Origin: Nitrospirota bacterium
GTDB taxonomy: Bacteria > Nitrospirota > JACRHJ01
DNA length: 64,000 nucleotides
Assembly (NCBI GenBank): GCA_963845245.1
Contig: CAWJRJ010000020.1
Span: forward strand, 133,314-197,313
Reading direction: 5' to 3'
Shown: one piece after another, positions 18,410-32,395 of the stretch
Position numbering within the stretch: position 1 is the first letter of the stretch
Layout: each line of letters begins with the position of its first letter
Position numbers and translations under genes: made by a program
The notes under the pieces: model-generated
Told to the model about the DNA's origin: nothing
The model's database searches: none
The model's input: the letters and a program-made list of their open reading frames with translations, nothing else

Positions 18410-18865
18410 TCATTTATGCCCGGTATGGCCGAACCCGCCGTCGTTTCTCGCGGTATCGGACAGGGACTCAACCACAATTATCTCTGCCCGGACCACAGGC
18501 GCAATCACCATCTGGGCTATCCTGTCGCCCCGCTTCACGATAAAGTCTGACGCGCCGAAGTTTATCAGGATGATGCCTATCTCACCCCTGTAGTCCGCGT
18601 CGATCGTGCCGGGGGTATTGACAAGGCTTATGCCGTGCTTGAGGGCCAGACCGCTCCTGGGCCGTATCTGTGCCTCGTAGCCTTCCGGCAGCTCAACCGA
18701 CAGCCCTGTGGGCACAAGCACCCATTTGCCGGGCTCTATGACCACTTCTTCGGCTACTGCAGCCATGAGGTCGACACCTGACGCGTGCTTTGACTGGTAC
18801 TCAGGAATTGGGAGCCCATCGGCTGAGGGCAGGGTCTTTATTTTGAGTTTGATTGTTTCAGGCAT
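18410..18865 (-). CDS. dut: dUTPase
   Basis: [38 protein letters not shown] motifs. Confidence 0.95.
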   Translation of the reverse strand: MPETIKLKIKTLPSADGLPIPEYQSKHASGVDLMAAVAEEVVIEPGKWVLVPTGLSVELPEGYEAQIRPRSGLALKHGISLVNTPGTIDADYRGEIGIILINFGASDFIVKRGDRIAQMVIAPVVRAEIIVVESLSDTARNDGGFGHTGHK

Positions 18866-18873
18866 AGGGCGGG

Positions 18874-20132
18874 TTAAAACTCCGCGGCCTCGGCGGCGAT
18901 GTCCTGTTTTGTAATCGGGCCGAGTGCGGTAAGGGCCATCCTGCCTTCCTTGAACACCGTCTTTACTATCCCCTCGACCTGCTCCTTGTTCACCTGGTTG
19001 ATCATGCTCCAGCACCTCGTCGATGGTGTAGTGTCTGTCCAGGTAAAGCTCCTGTTTTGCAAGCTGGCTCATCCGGTTGTAGGTATTCTCCATGGCGAGG
19101 ACGACGTTGCCCTTGAGCTGTTCCTTTACCTTCTCGAGTTCGTCCACCGTCACGCCGTCCTTGCGTATCTTCTTTATCTCTTTGGATATGAGCTTGACAA
19201 CGGAAGGGGCCTTCGACGGGCTTACGCCCGCATATATCACAAGCAGGCCCGTATCCTTCATGGACGTAAGGTATGAATAGACGGAGTATGCAAGGCCGCG
19301 CTTCTCCCGTATTTCCTGGAAAAGTCGGGAACTCATGCTGCTGCCAAGCAGCGTATTCATCGCATATATGCCGAAGCGGTCTTTGTGGCTATAGGGCAGG
19401 CCTTCGGATGCAATGCAGATGTGGGCCTGCTCCAGCTTGCGGTGACTGACCTTCATGTCTTTGTTGAAGGCGGCCAGCACGGACTTTTTGGCTGGGCTTT
19501 TGCTCTTGCGGCCCCCGAAGCTTGCGTTGAGCATGTCTATCAGCTTGTTGCGGTCGAACTTGCCGGCGGCGGATATCACTATGTTAGACGGCTTGTAATA
19601 CTTCGACATGTAGTCTTTTATGTTTTCTCTGGTAAGCCCGCCGACGGTCTTCTTGCTGCCGAGTACGGGCTGGCCGAGCGGGTTGCCGCGCCATACGGTC
19701 TCATACAGGAGTTCATGGACCAGGTCGTCAGGCGTGTCCTCCACCATCTTTATCTCTTCGATTATAACTTTCCTCTCCCGTTCGATCTCTTTGGGGTCAA
19801 AGATCGAGTGGTTGAAGATATCAGAGAGGAGGTCAACGGCCCTTGGAAGGTGCTCGTCGAGCACCTTTACATAATAGGTCGTGCCTTCCTTGCTGGTAAA
19901 GGCGTTAAGCTCCCCGCCCATGGAGTCCATCTCTATGGCAATGTCCCTGGCGCTCCTTTTTTTGGTGCCCTTGAACAGCATATGCTCTATGAAATGGGAT
20001 ATCCCGTTCTCGGCTGGGGCTTCGTCCCGGGAGCCCGACATCCACCCATATCCCGAGCGATGCGGAGCGGACGTGCGGTATGATCTCGGTTACTACCCTG
20101 ATCCCGTTATCTAGTATTTCTTTTTTGTACAT
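18874..20132 (-). CDS. M16 (pitrilysin-like) zinc peptidase; two frameshifts
   Basis: HFIEH inverted zinc motif, [19 protein letters not shown]; pnp-linked. Confidence 0.9.
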
Positions 20133-20149
20133 GGTTATAAATATACCAT

Positions 20150-20187
20150 AAAAAAAGGGAAACAGGCCTTCTTACAGCCTATTTCCC
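20150..20187 (-). terminator. Rho-independent terminator after pnp
   Basis: GGGAAATAGGC-loop-GCCTGTTTCCC followed by a T run. Confidence 0.7.
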
Positions 20188-20213
20188 GTTGAATATAACA
20201 GGAACTTATCCCT

Positions 20214-22309
20214 TTACTCTTTTTTCGCCAGGTCCCTGGCGGCCTCTTTCGCGCTCAGGCGGATCTTGCCCTGACGGTCAACTTCGAGGACCTTGACCAT
20301 TACCTCGTCGCCCTCTTTGAGCTCGTCGGAGACGTTCTGCACCCTGTGCTCGGCAATCTGGGAGACATGCAGAAGTCCGTCGGTGCCCGGGGTAATCTCC
20401 ACGAATGCGCCGAAGTCCATTATCTTGCGGACCTTGCCCTTGTATATCCTGCCGACTTCGGGCTCCTCTACGATGCCCTTGATAATATCTATAGCGCGCT
20501 GTGCAGCCGCGCCGTCGGACGAGGCTATGTTTATCGCGCCGGTGTCCTCGATGTCTATCTTGCAGCCGGTCTCCTCGACTATGCCGCGGATGACCTTGCC
20601 GCCGGACCCGATGACTTCGCGTATCTTGTCCGGTTTGATGTATATGGTGAATATCCTGGGTGCATACGGGGAGAGCGACGCCCTTGGTTCCGGCAAGCGC
20701 CTTAAGCATCTCGCCCAGGATATGGAGCCTGCCTTCTCTGGCCTGTTCAAGCGCCTCCTTCATAAGGGCCTTGGTGACGCCTTCGATCTTGATGTCCATC
20801 TGAAGGGCGCATACGCCGTCCTTCGTGCCGGTCACCTTGAAGTCCATGTCGCCCAGGTGGTCTTCAAGGCCAAGTATGTCGGAAAGGACTACTGACCTGT
20901 CGCCTTCCTTTATAAGCCCCATGGCAATGCCCGCTACCGGCGCCTTGATGGGTACGCCTGCGTCCATCAGGGCGAGCGTGCCGCCGCAGACGGATGCCAT
21001 CGACGAAGAACCGTTCGATTCCGTAATGTCCGAGACAATCCTTATGGTGTACGGGAATGCTTCCTTTGTCGGAATGACTGGTCCTCAGCGACTTCTCGGC
21101 GAGTGCGCCGTGCCCTATCTCCCTGCGGCCCGGGCCCCTGAGGAACCTGGCCTCGCCTACGGAGTAGGGCGGGAAGTTGTAATGGAGCATGAACGTCTTG
21201 TTTGATACGCCCTCAAGGGCGTCTATCATCTGGGCGTCATCCGAGGTGCCGAGCGTTGCCGCCACGAGCGCCTGGGTCTCGCCCCTTGTGAACAGTGCCG
21301 AGCCGTGCGTCCTGGGAAGGATGCTGGTATCGCAGGTGATCTGCCTGATCTGCTTGACCCCCCTGCCGTCAGCCCTTATACCCTTATCCAGTATCATCTT
21401 CCTGACCATGTCCTTCTCGATGTCATGGAAGATGATGCTTATGTCCCTGGCCTTCGTCACGTCGTCCGGAGCCATCTCGGCTGTTATGGCAGCCTGGAAG
21501 GTGTCCAGCGACTTCTGGCGTTCGGTCTTGTTCGGGATCTGGATATACTCCGCGATCTTCTCTAACGACTTTGCCTTGACCGCTTCGACCAGGGCCGGGT
21601 CTATCTCTATCGGGTTTACCACCCTCTTTGGAAGGCCTGCCTTCTCCCGAAGTTCGTTCTGGAGCGCGACGCCCTTCTTTATCTCCTCGTGCGCAAGTTC
21701 GAGCGCGTCAAGCATGACGTCCTCGCTCAACTCCTTCGCCCACGACTCGACCATCATGATGGCGTCCGCGGTACCGGCGACGGTGAGTTCAAGCGTGGTC
21801 TCTTCCATCTCCTTGCGGTCGGGGTTCACGATGAGCTGGTCACCGATACGCCCTATCCTTACGGCGCTTACCGGACCGTTGAAGGGTATGTCCGAGACGG
21901 TGACTGCCGCCGAAGCGCCTATCACAGCCAGTATGTCAGCTATGTTTTCCTCACCGTATGAGAGGACGTTCGCTATAATCTGGGTTTCACAAAAATAACC
22001 CTTTGGGAAAAGCGGCCTCAGCGGCCTGTCGATAAGCCGCGAGGTCAGGGTCTCCTTTTCAGTGAGCCTGCCTTCCCTCTTGAAAAACCCTCCGGGTATC
22101 TTGCCTGCGGCATAGGTCTTTTCCAGGTAGTCGCAGGTAAGCGGGAAAAAGTCCAGCCCTTCCCTCGGTATCTTGGATGATACTGCAGTGGCCAGGAGTA
22201 CGGTGTCACCGTATGTCACAACCACGGCTCCGCTTGCCTGCCTGGCTATCTTGCCCGTCTCCAGGGAAAGGGTTTTACCCCGTAGAGTCATTTCTACTTT
22301 ATGAACCAT
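20214..22309 (-). CDS. pnp: Polyribonucleotide nucleotidyltransferase; frameshifts
   Basis: [30 protein letters not shown] and S1 domains. Confidence 0.95.
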
Positions 22310-22327
22310 CAATAATCTCCGATCCTC

Positions 22328-22598
22328 TTATTTTCTCAGCCCAAGCTTCTCAATTATCGTCTTGTAACGGTCTACGCTCTTGTTCTTCAGGTAGTCGAGA
22401 AGCCTTCTCCTGCGGCCGACCATCTGAAGAAGCCCGCGCCTTGAATGGTGGTCCTTCTTGTGCGTCTTGAAATGCTCGGTAAGATATTTGATGCGCTCAC
22501 TTAAGAAGCGCTATCTGGACCTCCGGCGAACCGGTGTCCGCATCGTGTATTTTAAACTCCCCGATCACGCCCTGCTTTGCGTCTTTCTCCAAAGCCAT
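22328..22598 (-). CDS. rpsO: 30S ribosomal protein S15; one-base insertion
   Basis: MALEKDAK...[13 protein letters not shown]...[12 protein letters not shown]...LGLRK. Confidence 0.9.
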
Positions 22599-22703
22599 TT
22601 TTAAATGTACCTCCTTCCGATGAAAGTTCTTTTTTTATACAAATTTACATATGTCCCAAGCCTTAGGAAATTATCACAAAGGCATGAGTTTGTAAAGCTT
22701 TTT

Positions 22704-23606
22704 TTAATTGAAAACTACTTTCAACTTTACCGGTGCAACGCCCTCCTCCAAACCTTCTGAGGACTCACCGACGGCAAGCAGATTGCCGGACTCGTCCAAA
22801 AGCCTCACCGGACGGCCAGGGACAAGACCTTCCGGCATCGTTATGAAGCCTTCCGTGGCGGGGCTTATGCCATTCATTATACCAGATGCAGCTTCACCTG
22901 CAACCACGGCAGAAGCAACGTTTTGCAGCATTTCCCGCATCGGTATTATACGCGCGGCTATCTCCTCTTTCGAGGGTTTTTCGGATAGCCCCATGGCGTC
23001 CCGGACCAAGTAGTCGCCCACCCTCGAACGCCTTAACGATCTCATATGGGCACAGCTGCCGAGTGCTTTTCCCATGTCGCGGCAAAGTGTCCTGATATAA
23101 GTGCCCTTGGAGCAGACCACGTCAAAGCTGACATGAGGGCCTTCGATGCCTGTGAGCCGAAGTTCCTCTATGGTCACCTTCCGTGGAGCACGCTCCACTT
23201 CTTCGCCAGCCCGCGCCTTCTTGTAAAGCCGCTCCCCGCCCACCTTCACGGCCGAATACATAGGCGGGACCTGCTCTATCTCTCCGATAAACCTGCGAAG
23301 AACCTCTTCAATATGTGCAGGCTCAAGCTCCGGCACCTGGCACTCCAAGGTTACCTGCCCAGAGGCGTCTTCGGTATCCGTCTCGGAACCGAGTTCCATC
23401 ACGGCGCTGTAGCCTTTCTTGTCCAGGTCAAAAAATCTGGCTAGCCTTGTAGCCTTCCCAACCAGAACAAGTATAAGTCCGGTAGCGTCCGGGTCGAGCG
23501 TGCCTGTATGGCCGACCCTTTTGATCCAGAGCGTTTTCCGTATATACGCCGCCGCATCGTGTGAGGTCCACCCTGCGGGCTTGTCAACCAGCAGTAGGCC
23601 GTCCAT
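22704..23606 (-). CDS. truB: tRNA pseudouridine(55) synthase
   Basis: GHTGTLDP, PPMYSAVK, CSKGTYIR motifs. Confidence 0.95.
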   Translation of the reverse strand: MDGLLLVDKPAGWTSHDAAAYIRKTLWIKRVGHTGTLDPDATGLILVLVGKATRLARFFDLDKKGYSAVMELGSETDTEDASGQVTLECQVPELEPAHIEEVLRRFIGEIEQVPPMYSAVKVGGERLYKKARAGEEVERAPRKVTIEELRLTGIEGPHVSFDVVCSKGTYIRTLCRDMGKALGSCAHMRSLRRSRVGDYLVRDAMGLSEKPSKEEIAARIIPMREMLQNVASAVVAGEAASGIMNGISPATEGFITMPEGLVPGRPVRLLDESGNLLAVGESSEGLEEGVAPVKLKVVFN

Positions 23607-24587
23607 TTATTGGACGCTGGCCGCCATGGAGTTTTTTACCAGTTCTTTGGACTTCGGGAGTACATCAGCTTTTGTGCCTTCGAGGTTATTAGAGATAACC
23701 GCTCCGGCAGCGTTCGGGTGCCCTCCACCGCCCAGAGACTGGGCCAGACCAGACACATCGACGCGCCCCTTTGAACGGAAACTCAACTTTACCTTATCGC
23801 CAGCCTCCCTGAAGAGGACCGCTACTTCAACTCCTTTAACTGCCCTAGGGTAGTTGATGAAACCGTCGGTGTCTTCAGCTGATGTCCCTGTCTGGCTGTA
23901 AAAATCCTCTTTTACGGTCACCCATGACAAAAGCCCGTCGTCGCTGATCTCTATGGTGGAAAGTACAAGCCCCAGAAGCTTCATCCTTCCGAACGACTTG
24001 GACTCGTATACGTTTTCTGAAATTTCCCAGGTGTTGACTCCGTACGATAGAAGCCTAGCCGATTTGGAAAGCGCCTCCTCATCGGTATTGGAGTATCTGA
24101 AAGAGCCTGTATCAGTGAATATGCAGGTGTAGAGGTTTGTAGCTATATCTAAATCAATTGGTATCCCCATCTCTACCACTACGTCATAGACCATCTCACC
24201 GGCGGCGGAGGCCTCCGGGCTAACCCAGTATATGTCCGACGTCTTGGGGTTGGTTACGTGGTGGTCGATGTTTATGACTTTTTTTACAGGCGCGTTCTCA
24301 AGGTCCTTCAGGCCGGTACGCTTGGGCTCGCAATCGACTACTATCAAGGCGTCGTGCGGCTCATCGATCCTCTCGGCCCTCTGGACCATGTCGGAGCCGG
24401 GCAGGAAACGCAGGAAATCTGGTACTGGGTCGAAACACAAAACCGACACTTTTTTCCCTATTTTCTTGAGCGCCAGTGCAAGCCCGACAGCGGACCCTAT
24501 CGCGTCGCCCTCGGGACTTACGTGGGTTGAGATTACAAAACTGTCAAAACCCCTTATCGCTTCAGCTACGTCTTTTACAGAACCCAT
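23607..24587 (-). CDS. nrnA: DHH-family bifunctional oligoribonuclease/pAp phosphatase
   Basis: HVSPEGDA, IDHH, DTGSF, GGGHPNAAG motifs. Confidence 0.88.
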   Translation of the reverse strand: MGSVKDVAEAIRGFDSFVISTHVSPEGDAIGSAVGLALALKKIGKKVSVLCFDPVPDFLRFLPGSDMVQRAERIDEPHDALIVVDCEPKRTGLKDLENAPVKKVINIDHHVTNPKTSDIYWVSPEASAAGEMVYDVVVEMGIPIDLDIATNLYTCIFTDTGSFRYSNTDEEALSKSARLLSYGVNTWEISENVYESKSFGRMKLLGLVLSTIEISDDGLLSWVTVKEDFYSQTGTSAEDTDGFINYPRAVKGVEVAVLFREAGDKVKLSFRSKGRVDVSGLAQSLGGGGHPNAAGAVISNNLEGTKADVLPKSKELVKNSMAASVQ

Positions 24588-24591
24588 AGAA

Positions 24592-24951
24592 TTATTCTTC
24601 GTCCTCGTGCTTGATGTCCAGTTTACGCAGTATGTCCAGGATGTGGGCGCCTTTTTCGATCGATTCGTCAAGTATGAAAAAGAGGTCCGGTATGTAACGC
24701 AACTTCAGCCTTTTACCGAGTTCGCCTTTGATAAAATGGCTTGCGCTCCTGAGGCCCTTGATGGTTTCTTTTTTTGCTTCTGCATCCCCGAACACGCTTA
24801 CGAACACCTTAGCGTGTTTAAGGTCGTCGCTTAGTTCAACGCGTGTGAGGCTTGCAAACCCTACCCTAGGGTCTCGTATCTTCTTCAACAGGATGTCGGA
24901 TATTTCCGCGCGAATCTGGTCCCCCACCCTGTCTGCTCTTTTAAATTCCAT
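24592..24951 (-). CDS. rbfA: Ribosome-binding factor A
   Basis: RADRV, RDPR, LRYIPDL, DES motifs. Confidence 0.95.
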   Translation of the reverse strand: MEFKRADRVGDQIRAEISDILLKKIRDPRVGFASLTRVELSDDLKHAKVFVSVFGDAEAKKETIKGLRSASHFIKGELGKRLKLRYIPDLFFILDESIEKGAHILDILRKLDIKHEDEE

Positions 24952-24955
24952 ATTG

Positions 24956-27766
<2,811 letters not shown>

Positions 27767-27772
27767 ATTCCC

Positions 27773-28348
27773 TCACCCCCTGCGTATGTTTATGAGACGA
27801 CGAATCTCTTTTTTCAACGAATCCGAAAGCTCTTTATTTTTTATAAAAACAATGCCAACCGGGTCCATGCCAAGCATTGAACCAAGCATGTCTTTTGTAG
27901 AATATTCAACCAATCTCCCGGTAAATCCGGTCCCCACCTCCATTGCCTTCTTCCTGGTATTTTCGGAGAGGTCCCCGGCCATGATAACAAGCCCTACGGT
28001 ATCCCTCATTGCCGCTTCGATTGCCGAGTCAAATCCTGCGGCAACCATCCCGGATTTCCGCGCCATACCCAGAAGGGAGGCAATCTTGCGGTTTATCTTT
28101 TTATCGAGTTCCGCGACGAAATCTTCAATCCTTGGCGGCTTTATACTCTCTTTGAAAGCCCTTGAGAGTGAGCCCTCCTTTAAAGCCTTTCCGATGCACG
28201 GCATCTCGGGGCAGACATAAGCGCCGCGGCCGGGGAGCCTTTCGGAATAATCTATGATAACCCCCTGCGGGGTGTTTGCAAGCTTGACCAACTCGCCTTT
28301 AATGCCCTTTTTCCGGCACGAAACACATGTCCTCTCGGAAGGCGGCAT
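27773..28348 (-). CDS. YlxR/DUF448 domain fused to an L7Ae (YlxQ-like) domain
   Basis: ERTCVSCR..GRGAYVC, then LLGMARKSG...DLSENT. Confidence 0.8.
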   Translation of the reverse strand: MPPSERTCVSCRKKGIKGELVKLANTPQGVIIDYSERLPGRGAYVCPEMPCIGKALKEGSLSRAFKESIKPPRIEDFVAELDKKINRKIASLLGMARKSGMVAAGFDSAIEAAMRDTVGLVIMAGDLSENTRKKAMEVGTGFTGRLVEYSTKDMLGSMLGMDPVGIVFIKNKELSDSLKKEIRRLINIRRG

Positions 28349-29514
28349 CTAATTGTCCCGTACCTCTTCTTCTGTTGAGGACTCTCTTCTTCTTGATTAG
28401 CAGCCTGTTCCTCTTCCTGGGCCTCTATCTCTCTTGCTATAGCCTCCTCGATCTCCTTCTCCCTGTCTTTCTGGGTCATCTTGTCATACTCGGTTTCCGA
28501 GTATATGTCTATCTTCCAGCCGGTGAGTTTGGCCGCAAGCCTGACGTTCTGCCCTTTCTTTCCTATAGCAAGGGAAAGCTGCGTATCAGAGACTATGACG
28601 AGGGCAGTTTTTTCCTCCTCGTCTATCGCAACCTTCTCGACGGTTGCCGGGGAGAGCGCCTTGCTTATGAAGACCGCTGTCTCCTGGGTCCAGGGTATTA
28701 TGTCTATCTTCTCGCCCCTTAGCTCCCTGACTACCGCCTGCACCCTTGAGCCCTTCATGCCAACGCACGCCCCGACCGGGTCTACGGCGGAATCCTTGGA
28801 GTACACGGCAATCTTTGTCCTGTCGCCAGCCTCCCTGACGGCGCCTTTTATCGTTACGATGCCCTCGTATATCTCAGGGACCTCCATCTCGAAAAGTTTC
28901 GAGACAAGCTCCGGGTGACTCCGTGAAAGGACTATCTGCGGCCCTTTGTTTGTTGTACGAACGTCGAGCAGGTATGCCCTTATCCTGTCGCCCTGTTTGT
29001 AGTTCTCCCTGGGAGCCTGCTCCCGCATGGGGAGGACGGCCTCGGTCTTACCGATGTCGATAATGTAGTTGCCCTTCTCGTGACGCATCACTATGCCGTT
29101 TACCAGTTCGCCTATACGTCCGGAATACTGGCTGATAATAATATCGCGCTCAGCCTCCTTGACCTTCTGGACTATGACCTGCTTTGCGGTCTGGGCGGCT
29201 ATGCGGCCATAACCCTCGAAGTCCTGCTGGAGAACGGCTTCGTTGCCGACCCGGGCGTTCGGGTCGATCTCGCGAGCCTCCGCCAGGCTCATCTCGTTGT
29301 TCTCGTCCTCGACTTCCTCGACTATCGTGTATATCAGGTTAATTGCGATGCTTCCGTTTTTCGGGTTCACCTTGACCACGATGTTCTCGTTGTCGGGGAA
29401 CTTCTTCCTTGCCGCCGATACAAGAGCCGATTCAACCGCCTCGAGCAGGACGTCCTTCGAGATGCCCTTCTCTTTGCACAGCTGGTCGATCACAGTAATA
29501 AGTTCATGATTCAT
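28349..29514 (-). CDS. nusA: Transcription factor NusA; frameshift near the C-terminus
   Basis: GRIAAQTAKQ, GACVG, AIGKKGQN motifs. Confidence 0.95.
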
Positions 29515-29530
29515 TTTAGTTTAAGCCTCC

Positions 29531-29995
29531 CTAAAATTCAACCTCAAGGCGGGCCTTCTCCACCTGGCTGTATGATATTTCGTATACTTTCCCGTTCTCG
29601 GTTACTATATTAAAACCCTCGTCGCCGGCGGAATCGATCCGCCCAAGAAAAACCTTCTGGCCGTCGAGTGGGTCCTTTGTCCTGACCTTGGCCAAAGAGC
29701 CTACAAACCTCGTATAATCAGCCGGCTTGTAAAGCGGCCTATCCAGGCCCGGCGAGGAAACCTCAAGGACATAGGCACCTTTGATTATGTTTTCCACCTC
29801 AATGAGTGTATCTATCTCGCGGCTGACGGCCTGGCAGTCGTTGATACCGACGCCGCCTTCCTTGTCTATGAAGAAGCGGAGGCACAGGCGCTTCCCTTCC
29901 GTCACGAACTTCACGTCCGCAAGTTCGTAGCCCATATCGTTAATTACGGGTTCCGCGACCCTCCGCGCGGCATCCACTACTTTTTCCGTCGCCAT
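29531..29995 (-). CDS. rimP: Ribosome maturation factor RimP
   Basis: LEVSSPGLDRPL motif. Confidence 0.95.
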   Translation of the reverse strand: MATEKVVDAARRVAEPVINDMGYELADVKFVTEGKRLCLRFFIDKEGGVGINDCQAVSREIDTLIEVENIIKGAYVLEVSSPGLDRPLYKPADYTRFVGSLAKVRTKDPLDGQKVFLGRIDSAGDEGFNIVTENGKVYEISYSQVEKARLEVEF

Positions 29996-30010
29996 TGCGT
30001 TTCCAGCCTC

Positions 30011-30040
30011 AAACAAAAAGAGTGGGCTTTTAGCCCACTC
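30011..30040 (-). promoter_or_regulatory. rimP leader terminator-like hairpin
   Basis: GAGTGGGCT-AAA-AGCCCACTC-TTTTTG directly upstream of rimP; promoter TTGCAT-17-TATAAA at 30067-30095. Confidence 0.75.
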
Positions 30041-30122
30041 AGCGATAAATCTGCCAGAGATGTATTTTTATACCACAAAAACGACATTAATGCAATAGCA
30101 AAAAATCAGTCAGTCCATACAG

Positions 30123-31316
30123 TTACGCCAGAGCTGCCATGGCCTTTTCAATCCTGTCCAGCCCCTTTTCGATTATTGCCATCGAAGTGGCATAGGAGAG
30201 CCTGATGTACTCATCAGCCCCGAAGGCGTCTCCGGAAACGACGGCAACTTTTGACTCCTCAAGAAGGTATTCCGCGAGGTCGGCCGATCCTTTTATCGTC
30301 TTGCCGTTGAAAGACTTGCCGTAATAGCTCGATACACGGGGGAATGCATAGAATGCCCCGACAGGCATGGGACAGGATACGCCCGGGATGGCGTTAAGCC
30401 TGCCGACTATGTACTTGCGCCTCTTGTCGAATTCGGCAACCATATCACCTATGAAACCCTGAGGTCCCCTGAGGGCCTCGACTGCCGCCTTCTGGGTTAT
30501 AGAGCAGGGGTTGGATGTGCTCTGAGATTGGATTTTTGTCATGGCGCCTATGACGTCCTTTGGCCCTGCTGCGTATCCAAGCCTCCAACCGGTCATGGCA
30601 TGAGATTTTGAAAGGCCGTTTATCGTTATGGTAAGCGCCTTTATGTCATCCCCAAGCGATGCGATACTGACGTGTTTGAATCCGTCGTACACGATCTTTT
30701 CGTATATCTCGTCCGAGATCACATAAATGTTATTCTTTACGGCGATTTTTGCAATCGCTTCAAGGGCAGCACGGTCATACCCAAGGCCAGTCGGGTTCGA
30801 TGGGCTATTTAAGACCAACGCCTTCGTCTTTGGGGTGACGGCCTTTTCGAACGCCTCCGCCGTAAGGACGAATCCATCCTCTTCTTTTGTTTTGACCAGA
30901 ATGGGTTTTGCATCGTTCAATATTACCTGGTCTGGGTATGATACCCAGTATGGAGAAGGTATCAAGACCTCGTCGCCTGGGCCGTAAAGCGCCTGGGCCA
31001 CGTTGTAGAGTGAATGCTTTGCGCCTGTCGAAACAATGATCTCGGGCTTTTCGTACTTGATCCCGTTGTCGGACGACAGCTTTGCTATTATCGCTTCTTT
31101 AAGTTCGTCGGTACCCGGTACCGGGGTATATTTTGTAAAGCCGTCACGTATGGCTTTGATCGCCGCTTCTTTTATGTTATCCGGCGTATCAAAGTCCGGC
31201 TCGCCTGCCCCGAAACCAACGACATCGATGCCTTCAGCCTTCATCGCCTTTGCCCTGGCGTCAACGGCAAGGGTTGGCGAGGGCTTTATACCAACTGCTC
31301 TATTTGCAAGACCCAT
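30123..31316 (-). CDS. aspC: Class I PLP aminotransferase (aspartate aminotransferase)
   Basis: AGEPDF, NSPSNPTG, SDEIY, SKSHAMTGWRLGY motifs. Confidence 0.88.
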   Translation of the reverse strand: MGLANRAVGIKPSPTLAVDARAKAMKAEGIDVVGFGAGEPDFDTPDNIKEAAIKAIRDGFTKYTPVPGTDELKEAIIAKLSSDNGIKYEKPEIIVSTGAKHSLYNVAQALYGPGDEVLIPSPYWVSYPDQVILNDAKPILVKTKEEDGFVLTAEAFEKAVTPKTKALVLNSPSNPTGLGYDRAALEAIAKIAVKNNIYVISDEIYEKIVYDGFKHVSIASLGDDIKALTITINGLSKSHAMTGWRLGYAAGPKDVIGAMTKIQSQSTSNPCSITQKAAVEALRGPQGFIGDMVAEFDKRRKYIVGRLNAIPGVSCPMPVGAFYAFPRVSSYYGKSFNGKTIKGSADLAEYLLEESKVAVVSGDAFGADEYIRLSYATSMAIIEKGLDRIEKAMAALA

Positions 31317-31341
31317 CTTACTTGTTCCCCCTTAAAAAAGA

Positions 31342-31968
31342 TTACACAGCCAATTTAACAATCGCGTTAATTATTGATGCAGCTACGGAGCTGCCGCCTT
31401 TTTTCCCTTTATTGGTTATAAACGGTATTCCGGAAAGTCCCATCAGTTCATCCTTCGACTCTGCCGCTCCAACAAACCCTACGGGGACGCCGACAATCAA
31501 GGCCGGCCTTACACCTTCATCCCTGACGAGCCGCATGACCTCATAAAGCGCAGTAGGGGCATTACCGACGGCTACAATCGCGCCATCCATGTGTCCGATC
31601 GACGCAGCCATCTTCATTGCAGCAACCGCCCTTGTGGTGCCGGTTTTTTTTGCTGATGCGGCTGCCATCGGGTCGGCAATAAAACAAAAAGCCTCACGTC
31701 CTCCGGGACGGTTTTTTGAGATTCCGGCCTTGAGCATATTGACGTCGGCTATAATATTACATTTGCTGCGCAATGCTGTTATGCCGGCATTCACCGCCCC
31801 GTCCGAAAAAAACAACAAATCGGCAAAATCAGGGTCGGCAGTAGCGTGGACGACACGGATGACCACGTCCTTCTCAGGTAGCTTCAGGCCTTTGTCTTTT
31901 AAAAGGCCCTCGATTATTTCAAAGCTCTTTTTTTCAATCTGCGCCGGGTCGGAGATAATGGGCTGCAA
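31342..31968 (-). CDS. cobH: Precorrin-8X methylmutase
   Basis: RVVHATAD, GNAPTAL, PVGFVGAAESK, GKKGGS motifs. Confidence 0.9.
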   Translation of the reverse strand: MQPIISDPAQIEKKSFEIIEGLLKDKGLKLPEKDVVIRVVHATADPDFADLLFFSDGAVNAGITALRSKCNIIADVNMLKAGISKNRPGGREAFCFIADPMAAASAKKTGTTRAVAAMKMAASIGHMDGAIVAVGNAPTALYEVMRLVRDEGVRPALIVGVPVGFVGAAESKDELMGLSGIPFITNKGKKGGSSVAASIINAIVKLAV

Positions 31969-31972
31969 TATA

Positions 31973-32395
31973 TTACTCTTTTGGGCTTTCGCGCTCGGTT
32001 GCTATGGCGAGTTTCAAAGCGCCGGACTCTTTGGCTATATCGAGGATCTTCACGACCGTACCGTGCATGATAGTCTTGTCGGCCTTTATTACAACTGTTT
32101 TATCCGGGCTGGTAGCCATGCGGGAGGCCAGAAGGCCCTTGAGATCCTCAAGGCTCACCTGCGCCTTGTTGAGGTAGATCTTATCTCCCGGCGTTACCGA
32201 TATCGTCGTGGTCTGTTCCACCTGTGGTTCCGCCGTCACTGCGGTGGGAAGCTTGATCTTGAGCGCCTCGTTCATCATCAGGGGCGTCGTAACCATGAAT
32301 ATGACCAGCAGGACCATAACCACATCGGTTAGAGGCGTGATATTGATATCGGCCATTATCTTTGTTTTGTTTTTTGAAAAGCTCCAGCGCCTCAT
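31973..32395 (-). CDS. exbD: ExbD/TolR biopolymer transporter
   Basis: INITPLTDVVMVLLVIFMV motif. Confidence 0.88.
   Translation of the reverse strand: MRRWSFSKNKTKIMADINITPLTDVVMVLLVIFMVTTPLMMNEALKIKLPTAVTAEPQVEQTTTISVTPGDKIYLNKAQVSLEDLKGLLASRMATSPDKTVVIKADKTIMHGTVVKILDIAKESGALKLAIATERESPKE

Noticed and set aside
18410..20041. Apparent M16 peptidase-dUTPase fusion (543-aa ORF)
   Set aside because: A frameshift near 19005 diverts the frame; the true peptidase C-terminus ends at 18874 and dut has its own ATG at 18865
20214..22598. pnp and rpsO as pseudogenes or programmed frameshifts
   Set aside because: Otherwise intact essential genes with scattered indels and no conserved slippery sites; best explained as sequencing error
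22600..22700. Possible S15 autoregulatory leader
   Set aside because: Position fits, but I could not identify a convincing structure by eye
31553..31575. GTAGGGGC match inside cobH
   Set aside because: No following palindrome; it is coding sequence for GNAPTA
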